From: Candidatus Hodarchaeota archaeon
Lineage (GTDB): Archaea; Asgardarchaeota; Lokiarchaeia; Sigyniarchaeales; SOKP01
Direction of reading: 5' to 3'
NCBI GenBank assembly: GCA_048886685.1
Contig: JBHLKM010000027.1
Coordinates: forward strand, 1-34,523
DNA: 34,523 nucleotides
A program made the translations under genes and the position numbers. Of this stretch, positions 1 to 7,980 are shown in pieces (the first letter of the stretch is position 1; each line of letters begins with the position of its first letter). The notes beneath the pieces were generated by a model, which saw nothing but the letters and a program-made list of their open reading frames with translations, made no database searches and had not been told where the DNA came from.

Positions 1-87
1 TATCTATGTTTTCTTTAAGATTAAATATGAAAATAATTTTTAATTATGTAAGCAATACATTATCAAATCAAGTGATTTGATCTAAAA

Positions 88-534
88 TTGAAAGAGCTTT
101 ATGAGATAGGCTTTGTCTTTCGTGGATTTGTACTTGTTAATCATATATTCAAAAATCTTCCAGCGCAAAAAGAACATGGAGTTAATAAAGACCTAAGAGG
201 CGCATTTATATCCGCTATAAACGCTTTTACTGAAACTGCATTCCAAAAGAGTTCTTTAGAGTATCTAGAATCGGGAAATATCTTGTTTATTTTTAAAATT
301 GCAGAAGTTCAATCTGAGGATAATAATGTAAAAGAACCATTAATATTATATGGGTTAGTAGATAAATCAAAAAAGAAATCTGATAAGCTTGTTACTAAGT
401 TTTTTGGGAAAGTAAACCCGATTTTGCAGTTGTTTGTTCAAAACTTTAATGGAGCTAACTTCTCAGAATTAAATCAATTTGAACAGTTTGAAAAAAGTAT
501 GTTAGACTTTTTAATTAAAAAGCCACAGGATTAG
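88..534 (+). CDS. Longin-like (profilin-like fold) domain protein
   Basis: 148 aa. N-terminal beta hairpin (LYEIGFVFRGFVLVNHIF), then helix DLRGAFISAINAFTETAF resembling the longin alpha1 pattern (L..gflsA...F), strands (SLEYLESGNILFIFKI, LILYGLVD) and C-terminal helices. TTG start. Confidence 0.6.
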   Translation: MKELYEIGFVFRGFVLVNHIFKNLPAQKEHGVNKDLRGAFISAINAFTETAFQKSSLEYLESGNILFIFKIAEVQSEDNNVKEPLILYGLVDKSKKKSDKLVTKFFGKVNPILQLFVQNFNGANFSELNQFEQFEKSMLDFLIKKPQD

Positions 535-2187
535 TTAATCAGCAAGGCTCCAACCTTTTGGTGTTGCTCGAGAATATTTTATTTTACCTTGTTCCTTTAA
601 TAAATTGATTTTCTTTTCAATTTGATTAGTATCAAATCCCTTCTCTTTTATTGAGTTCACGAATTCTGCTTTTGTAGCCACAATTTCTTTTTGTCTAAGG
701 TATTCAATTATTAAATCACTCAATGAATCTCCTGCACTTACTTTTTCTTCGGGGATCTTTTCTTTCTTAGCACTAGAGAGAACAGTAGTTAATTTTTCTT
801 TATCTGTTCTAATAGGTTCTTCAATAACCATATGTTTTACAGCAACTTTGGGTTCTTCAATAGGCTCTATTTTTTCAACTTTTTCTTCTCTTTCTTCTTC
901 CGACAAACTCCATACAGGGTACATAACTTTTTCATATACTACAGATTTTTGTGTTTTAAGTACTGTCAATTCTTCCAATATTTCATCTTCAGTATATCCT
1001 AAATTTTTTAATTCAGAAGATAAATCTTTTAAATGCCCTTTTTTTAGTAAGATCTCGAAAATATGTTCTCTTATGTTTGTAGGAACCTCTTGGGCTTTCG
1101 CTATTTCCTTTATAATTTTATCTTTTTTAGGAGATTCTATCATTTCGATTTTAATTTGCTGAGGGATATCGAGAGGATCTTTATCCCCCCATTCAAAATC
1201 ACTTATGATTCTAATTGTACGATCATATCCTCCAAAAACTATGTTTTTCTTATGTTCTGGATCTAATCGATAACATATATCTTTAATTGAGGTTGACACT
1301 TTAGTTTTCCATTTCAATTCAAAATTAGGAGAACCGATAGAAGGATTATGGAATACTTTTAAGGATCCATCTGCACACCCCGCTACTATTTCATTCGCAT
1401 TATCACCATCAATATCTTCTATTAACAGTGATAAAGGACGACCTTCATCAATTTGGATTTCTTTAATTGATTCTCCATTAGCATTAAGGATTTTAATCGT
1501 AGAGTCATCAGTACTTAATAAAATTTCATTTAATCCATCATTAGTAGCATCCCCAACTTTAATGTCATTAACTTGAGTATTGAAGTCCTTTTGCCAAACG
1601 ATATCGGGAAGATCATCTTTAAATCTAATTAACTGGGTAATTCCGTTTTTTGTACCTACTAATAATCCATAAAATGGCATCTTTTCATCTGGTAATTTTA
1701 AAATCCCCAGTGTGCAAGCAGTCACCCAAGAATCGTAATATAAAATAAATTTCGGTTCTTTAGCTTTAATACTATCAAAAATCTTTAGAGTTTTGTCTTC
1801 ACTACCAAATATTAGTTCTATATTCCCATTTCGAGTAAAATCCCCAGCGATACAGCAATTTATTCTTTTTGGAGATCTATATTTCATTATGCCAACTAAT
1901 TTTTTCTTTTCTGGACTTAATTTCAATACCATGAAATTTCCATCACCAGCACCTACTAATACTTCATCACAACCATCTCCATCGAGATCAATTGGATAAC
2001 TACACCGACACCACCCATCAAAAACTCTATCATCAATGATATTCATACTTTCATCCATTAAATAGAGAGTTTTATCGTGTCCACCAAAAACTAAGAAACT
2101 ATTATCATGACATTTTAAAACGGAACATGTTAAAACCGCATCCGGACATTCAAACATATGAATAAGTTGATAACGCTTTCTAATCAT
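535..2187 (-). CDS. Beta-propeller protein (FG-GAP/VCBS-like, BBS2-like blades) with two C-terminal winged-helix-like domains
   Basis: Repeats DLDGDGCDEVLVGAGDG, GDFTRNGNIELIFGSEDKTLKIF, GDATNDGLNEILLSTDDSTIKIL, EDIDGDNANEIVAGCADGSLKVF, plus VFGGHDKT/VFGGYDRT, in aa ~1-330. Two ~60-aa helical units ending YPVWSL and TPKGWSL. No signal peptide. Confidence 0.7.
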   Translation of the reverse strand: MIRKRYQLIHMFECPDAVLTCSVLKCHDNSFLVFGGHDKTLYLMDESMNIIDDRVFDGWCRCSYPIDLDGDGCDEVLVGAGDGNFMVLKLSPEKKKLVGIMKYRSPKRINCCIAGDFTRNGNIELIFGSEDKTLKIFDSIKAKEPKFILYYDSWVTACTLGILKLPDEKMPFYGLLVGTKNGITQLIRFKDDLPDIVWQKDFNTQVNDIKVGDATNDGLNEILLSTDDSTIKILNANGESIKEIQIDEGRPLSLLIEDIDGDNANEIVAGCADGSLKVFHNPSIGSPNFELKWKTKVSTSIKDICYRLDPEHKKNIVFGGYDRTIRIISDFEWGDKDPLDIPQQIKIEMIESPKKDKIIKEIAKAQEVPTNIREHIFEILLKKGHLKDLSSELKNLGYTEDEILEELTVLKTQKSVVYEKVMYPVWSLSEEEREEKVEKIEPIEEPKVAVKHMVIEEPIRTDKEKLTTVLSSAKKEKIPEEKVSAGDSLSDLIIEYLRQKEIVATKAEFVNSIKEKGFDTNQIEKKINLLKEQGKIKYSRATPKGWSLAD

Positions 2188-2335
2188 GATCTTATAAGAT
2201 TCTTTTAGATTATAGAAATTCTTATAATATCTAAATTATATTTTTCTGTTTATTCACTTAATGATTACTTCTCGAAATATTAAATTATTATGGTAATATA
2301 GAAATAAAAAAAAATAAAAAAGAAGATTTATTATT

Positions 2336-4492
2336 TTATAATGCTAATTGAGCATCAGATGGGCTGTATTCGCCTGTACCAGTAATCTCATATGAGATTT
2401 CTAGGCTATCTCCAATTTCCAATTCGTCAATCTCCCATTTCAAAGTATCTTGGCCTACCTCATCTGTTATTTCTGGTTTCATTGAATAAGTTCCATATTC
2501 AAATGAATCGGGAACTTTATCAAGTAAAACAAGATTGTATAACTTAGATTCACCTATATTTTCAAGAGTTAAGATAATTCTATAATTACCAAGATCACCA
2601 ATTGGGACAACTTCTTTGCTTGTACGGAATTTCCTTCTTATATGAAGCGCTTCAATAACAGGAACTTCAGGTCTAAATTCTAATTCTTGACTTACAGGAA
2701 AGGTGTTTGCGTGATAGATGATTTCTGATTCAAATGTGGAATCTCGAGCAGGTTTTATACAGTGAATTGGATATTGAAATTCTAAAGTTGAATCTGGTTT
2801 AAACATACCTGTACTAGTATCTTTAAGATTTGCCAATGCAATAGTAAACACATCTGTTTCAAAGCTTACCGCATCAGCAGAAAGTTCCACCTCATCTCCA
2901 TCCCATATTAGCGTAATTTCATTTGCTTTAGGGGGTTGATATTCATCAGAGAAAGTTTGTTGAATGACGGTAATTTCATTTAATGGAGCAGAACCATTAT
3001 TTGCCATTTTAAGAGTAGCTACGACGTCTTGAGTCTTATAAGTTGGTGTTTCTACCTTATCATAAGCCATATCTCCGGTTATACTAGCTATTTCTAAAAT
3101 AACATCTGAGATTGTCATTACAACGTTCACATGATATTGATAGTCAGGAACAACTCTAAATTCAAGCTTCTTTCTAAATGTAGGATAATCTTCACTTTCA
3201 TATTGCCACTTAACTGAATGCCATTGAGCTCCTGCAGGTAACATTGGTACATCATTAGGATCAATATCAACAAATTTTGTACTCTCATCGTCAGGAGAAT
3301 ATACATCAGCATTGAAAAGTTGAATAACAAATTCAGAAGAATTATCAAAGATTAGTTTATTATCCCATATATTTGGTTCTTCATCTCTCTCAAGTGTATC
3401 GATATAAAATTTGTTACGAGTGTATGCGTCAAATTTATCGATAGCTAGACCCTCAGCAAATGAAGCCGCAGCTTTATAAGAAACATCGATCTCCCCAGTT
3501 TTTCTTCTAGCGATGTCATTTACCATAATGTTACATGTAAATTTAAGTAAAACAGTATACTCTGGTCTTAATCTATCAATTTTCCAAATAATTTTATCCC
3601 CTTCGATTTCCGCGCGTCCTTCCGTTGTATCTCGCACTACAGGGTTTGTGAATTCATCTGGTATTGTTTTGATAACTTCAATATCAGATACGGGTTTATC
3701 AAACATATTCCTTAACGCTATTGCGAATGTTATAGTGTTTTCTCTGTCTATAGAAATTCCAAATGTCTCTAGACTGGTTTCAGCAACCACAGTTCCACCG
3801 TCTTCCCATGTTTCTCCTTCTTCATCCTCTTCCTCATCATCCTCTTCCTCATCATCCTCTTCTGCGGTTGGTGGTATTGTTGCAGCAACTTTCTTACTAG
3901 GTTTACTTGATTTATCTTTAAGTTTTAATAGTTCTCTTTCAATATCATTGATATTTAAGACATCATCTGCTTCAGTAAGAGTACTGATAAATTCTTTAAC
4001 TAAAAAGAGATTTTGTACCTCCTTTTTCAGTTCGAACTCCTTTGTTTCAACGTTATCTGGATACTCGGTCCCTAATTCTCTTATTGATATAGTTTTCGAT
4101 TTCAAGTTCGTACTACCAATATTATCTAAGGCAACATCTATGTCCCAAAGGCGATCCGTTTTACTTGGATTTTCTATACTAATCTTTCCACCAAAACTAA
4201 AAGATTCAACATTAGCATCATGATCTTGTTTTACTTCGACATCCTCAATGATCTTTACTAATGCTAATAAACCTTCTCGATTTCCATTCTTCAATAAAAT
4301 ACTGCCTTCGAGTTCTCCCGTATCCTCATCATATGTCTCAATTATCGGTGTAGCAGAATCTCTATCGACCAGTTTTACTTTTCCCTCATCCATATCTGTT
4401 CTTTTCAATGCGTCTGCTACCAATTCTTCCCTTGCTTCAGCTTCATCCCATCCCATACCTGTTGTTTTCTTTTTCTTATCTTTTTTTCCCAT
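2336..4492 (-). CDS. Acidic multi-beta-sandwich protein (mu-homology-like region plus DUF11/Ig-like domains), no signal peptide
   Basis: 718 aa, very D/E rich. Repeated Ig-type motifs (ITFAIALRN..VSDIEVIKTIP..IIWKI; ATLKMANNGSAPLNEITV; ILTLENIGESKLYNLVLLDKVPDSF..LKWEIDEL..LEISYEI). Basic N-terminus with no hydrophobic leader or TM segment. Confidence 0.55.
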   Translation of the reverse strand: MGKKDKKKKTTGMGWDEAEAREELVADALKRTDMDEGKVKLVDRDSATPIIETYDEDTGELEGSILLKNGNREGLLALVKIIEDVEVKQDHDANVESFSFGGKISIENPSKTDRLWDIDVALDNIGSTNLKSKTISIRELGTEYPDNVETKEFELKKEVQNLFLVKEFISTLTEADDVLNINDIERELLKLKDKSSKPSKKVAATIPPTAEEDDEEEDDEEEDEEGETWEDGGTVVAETSLETFGISIDRENTITFAIALRNMFDKPVSDIEVIKTIPDEFTNPVVRDTTEGRAEIEGDKIIWKIDRLRPEYTVLLKFTCNIMVNDIARRKTGEIDVSYKAAASFAEGLAIDKFDAYTRNKFYIDTLERDEEPNIWDNKLIFDNSSEFVIQLFNADVYSPDDESTKFVDIDPNDVPMLPAGAQWHSVKWQYESEDYPTFRKKLEFRVVPDYQYHVNVVMTISDVILEIASITGDMAYDKVETPTYKTQDVVATLKMANNGSAPLNEITVIQQTFSDEYQPPKANEITLIWDGDEVELSADAVSFETDVFTIALANLKDTSTGMFKPDSTLEFQYPIHCIKPARDSTFESEIIYHANTFPVSQELEFRPEVPVIEALHIRRKFRTSKEVVPIGDLGNYRIILTLENIGESKLYNLVLLDKVPDSFEYGTYSMKPEITDEVGQDTLKWEIDELEIGDSLEISYEITGTGEYSPSDAQLAL
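3822..3862. repeat. 15-bp tandem repeat (TCATCCTCTTCCTCA x2.7) encoding the acidic EEDDE tract of the 718-aa protein
   Basis: Exact copies at 3822-3836 and 3837-3851, partial copy at 3852-3862. Confidence 0.9.
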
Positions 4493-4769
4493 TATTATTT
4501 ACCCGTTCTTAATTTTTTTTATTAGATTGAAAATTTATTTAATAGTTAATAAAAGTTATCTCGATAAAATAAGATCTTCTACACTCTTTAAAAAATTTTT
4601 CATACTTAAGATATAGAGCTTAAACCAAAATTCAGTTAGTTATATTTTTATAGAAATGTGAAGTGTTTTTTTACCATTTCAATTTCATTTCTTAGTAATA
4701 AAATCAAATTCAACAAATTTATGAACACATTTTGGACACACAGTTTTTAACATTTTTGTGTAAATTGTC

Positions 4770-6209
4770 TTATTGTTTGTTAAATTCTAGTAAAACAATG
4801 AGTAAATCGTTTACATTACATCCAGTTGGACCAGTTATTATTTCAGTTTTGACTGATTTAAAAAAACTATTTGAATCATTATTTTCAAGATATTTCCTCG
4901 TATCAATTTTACTTTCAAATATCTGATTTCTCACATAATTATCTACAAGTGCTCCCATTGCTTCACTATTTCCTTCGATGCCATCAAGATTGGTACCCAT
5001 AATTAAAAACTCATAAGGGATTTCTTTTCCTTTTATAAAGTCCAAGAAACTTAATAGCATTTCTTGATTCCTCCCTCCAATACCATTACCTTTAATTGTT
5101 ACAGTCAGTTCACCTGTTCCGATAAGAGCACATCTAATAGAGCTATTTTTTTTAGAAATTTCCTCAAATTTTTGAGAAATTAAAGGATGCAAAGACTTAC
5201 CAAATTCTTCTGCTTCACCAACTATTTTGTCAGAAAAGTAAGACGTTTTAAATCCTTGTATCTCGAAGAAGGAGATAAGTTCATCTACGGCATTCTTAAC
5301 ACTACCAATTATATAATTATAAACATTGTTGAAACACCTATCATTGATTTTGGGTGTTTCCATAATCGTACCTAGCAATCCCTTTTCTAAATGGTTTAAA
5401 ACTGCTTTTGGAATTTCTTTATGAATGTAATATTTCTTTAAGACTTCTATGGCATCATTAAAAGTACTAGAATCTGGTACAGTAGGTCCAGATGCAATCG
5501 ATTCTAATTTATCTCCTACAACATCCGAAATAATTATAGAAATTAATGTTGCTCCACTTTCATTATATAATTTTTTAGCAAGATTACCACCTTTAAAATC
5601 TGATAGATGTTTTCGAATAATATTAATTTCATGTATAGAAGCACCTGAAGCTAAAAGTTGGGCATTAACCTTTTGTAAATCTTCTAAACTTATCCCTCTT
5701 TTCGGTAAAGGTAATAATGCTGATCCCCCTCCAGAGATTAAACAAAAAATCAAATCATTATTTTGTGAGTTCTCTATTATTCGCATCATCTTTTTTGTCC
5801 CATTTACTCCATTTTTATCTGGAATGGGATGTGAAGCAAAGTTAATTTTGATTCTATTTCCCTTCAACTGTTCAGTTTTCAATGAACCTTTAGGTACGTT
5901 TATAATTCCCTCATAATCTACATTTTTTAACTTAGATAATACTCTTTCCAATGACATTGCCATTTCGTAAGTTGCTTTCCCACCACCAATAATGTGCACT
6001 TTATTATACTCATCAAGGATATATTCATCACCCTGAATATTTAATATATTATTTTGAACTTTAATCGAATTTTTTATTAAATTTTTAGGTTTAACTGTGC
6101 TAATTGCCCTTTGAAGTGCTTCTATTGCAATTTTTCTTAAATAAGATTGATGTTCGTTCAAATCTTTAATAAAAAGTTCATTAGTATTTTTTATATCCAA
6201 GTGGAGCAC
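4770..6209 (-). CDS. Glycerate 2-kinase (MOFRL/GckA/TtuD family)
   Basis: Motifs IGGGKA, ASHPIPD, LISGGGSALL, KHLSDFKGG, SDVVGD..IASGPTVPD, GGRNQE and C-terminal TGPTGCNVND. Confidence 0.93.
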   Translation of the reverse strand: MLHLDIKNTNELFIKDLNEHQSYLRKIAIEALQRAISTVKPKNLIKNSIKVQNNILNIQGDEYILDEYNKVHIIGGGKATYEMAMSLERVLSKLKNVDYEGIINVPKGSLKTEQLKGNRIKINFASHPIPDKNGVNGTKKMMRIIENSQNNDLIFCLISGGGSALLPLPKRGISLEDLQKVNAQLLASGASIHEINIIRKHLSDFKGGNLAKKLYNESGATLISIIISDVVGDKLESIASGPTVPDSSTFNDAIEVLKKYYIHKEIPKAVLNHLEKGLLGTIMETPKINDRCFNNVYNYIIGSVKNAVDELISFFEIQGFKTSYFSDKIVGEAEEFGKSLHPLISQKFEEISKKNSSIRCALIGTGELTVTIKGNGIGGRNQEMLLSFLDFIKGKEIPYEFLIMGTNLDGIEGNSEAMGALVDNYVRNQIFESKIDTRKYLENNDSNSFFKSVKTEIITGPTGCNVNDLLIVLLEFNKQ

Positions 6210-6424
6210 ACCACATCTTTAATAAACCAAGAATAATCAAAAATAATAATAATAAATATGGAAAAAGATTTTATTATTTTATCTGTTTTGGTTCCCACGA
6301 TAGAATAGTTTTTCACGATTATATTAATAACTCTATGTGATTAAATTTATTATCAATCGAATTATTTACATTTTTAACACAAACTTAAAATCATTAGAAT
6401 ATAATTGGCGGTTTAGAAGTAAAA

Positions 6425-7906
6425 ATGTCTGATCTTTTTTATGATATAGCTATTATTGGGGCGGGACCGGGGGGATATCATGCAGCAATAAGAGCTGCTC
6501 AGTATGGTGCTAAAATTGCTTTAATTGAAAAAGATAAACTAGGAGGGACATGTTTAAATCGTGGATGTATACCTACTAAAGCTTTATGTGCATCTGTACA
6601 ATCTATTGAAAGAATAAAGGATTTTGAAGAATTAGGAATTGAAATTAAGGATTATAATCTTAATTTTAAAAAAGCAGTAGAAAGGAAAAATCGAGTAGTC
6701 GAAGAATTAGTAATGGGTATCGAAGCATTAGAAAAGGCATGGAAAAATGATCTTTATTTTGGACATGGTAAAGTAATTGGAGGAGATATTCATTCTGGAT
6801 ATGAAATTCTAATCAAAGGAAGAAAAAACAAAAAGATTAAAGCAAAAAGAGTAATACTGGCTACGGGGTCTTCTCCTGCTTTAATACCTTCCTTTAATAT
6901 TGACCATGAAAAGATATTAACAAGTGACGATATCTTAGATCCTAACTTTACAACAGTGCCAGAAAAGTTATTAATCATTGGGGCGGGAGTAATTGGATGT
7001 GAGTTTGCTAATATATTCGCCTCGTTTGGTAGCAAGGTGACTATGCTAGAATATCTTGCTTCCCCCATTGCCACCGAAGAACCGATGATTGTCAGAGAAT
7101 TACTAAAAAAATTCAATGAATTAAATATCGAAATCAAAACTTCTCAAAATGTTTTATCTGTAGAAAATACAGGCTCAAGTGTAAAGGTAATAACTTGTTC
7201 TGCTTCAGTTCCAAGAGATCAAATTGAAGAAGCAGAAAAGTTTACTTTCGAAGCTGATTTATGCTTAGTTTCAATTGGGAGAATGAAGGAATCAAAGGAT
7301 TTAGGTTTGGAAGATTTGGGGATCGAGACAGACAGAGGAGCAATAAAATGTAATGTTAAAACGTTAGAAACATCTGTTAAAGGGATCTATGCGATTGGAG
7401 ATGTGACTGGAGGTTTGATGTTAGCTCATGTCGCATATCACGAGGCAGATGTAGCAGTTGCTAATGCATTAGCGAGTATCGGAGGCTTTCCTGTTAAAGA
7501 AACTACAACAGATTATAATGTAGTGCCTGCAACTATTTTTACTTCCCCCAATATTGGATCAGTTGGAATGAGAAGGAAAGCAGCAAAAGATCGTGGAATT
7601 AATATATTAATGGGGCAATTTCCATATAGCTCTTTAGGTAAAGCAAAATGTATGGGAGAAGAAGAGGGATTTATAATAACACTTGCAGAAAGAGAAACAT
7701 TTAAGATTATAGGAGCATCTTGTATAGGTATTGAAGCTTCTGAATTAATTGCAGAACTCGCACTCGCCATAAAACATGGTTTAAGTGTACATGATATTAC
7801 TGAAACGATTCATAGCCATCCTACTATCTCCGAGATGGTGCTTGAAGGAAGTGAAGCCGTGCTTGGAAAGGCTATTCATAAAAAGGGAAGACCTATTTAT
7901 GAGTAA
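6425..7906 (+). CDS. lpdA: Dihydrolipoamide dehydrogenase (E3/L-protein)
   Basis: FAD motif IGAGPGGY, redox disulfide GGTCLNRGCIPTK, NAD motif IIGAGVIGCE, YAIGD, MLAH and C-terminal HSHPTISE. Confidence 0.93.
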   Translation: MSDLFYDIAIIGAGPGGYHAAIRAAQYGAKIALIEKDKLGGTCLNRGCIPTKALCASVQSIERIKDFEELGIEIKDYNLNFKKAVERKNRVVEELVMGIEALEKAWKNDLYFGHGKVIGGDIHSGYEILIKGRKNKKIKAKRVILATGSSPALIPSFNIDHEKILTSDDILDPNFTTVPEKLLIIGAGVIGCEFANIFASFGSKVTMLEYLASPIATEEPMIVRELLKKFNELNIEIKTSQNVLSVENTGSSVKVITCSASVPRDQIEEAEKFTFEADLCLVSIGRMKESKDLGLEDLGIETDRGAIKCNVKTLETSVKGIYAIGDVTGGLMLAHVAYHEADVAVANALASIGGFPVKETTTDYNVVPATIFTSPNIGSVGMRRKAAKDRGINILMGQFPYSSLGKAKCMGEEEGFIITLAERETFKIIGASCIGIEASELIAELALAIKHGLSVHDITETIHSHPTISEMVLEGSEAVLGKAIHKKGRPIYE

Positions 7907-7980
7907 ATAACTTTTTAATTGGAATTTTCTTTAATATTAAAATCCTGATACTTAATATTATAAAGAGAGAAGTAAAAATA

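Noticed and set aside
3822-3862. Tandem repeat considered as CRISPR or mobile-element signal
   Set aside because: It has no spacers, is in-frame and simply encodes an acidic tract.
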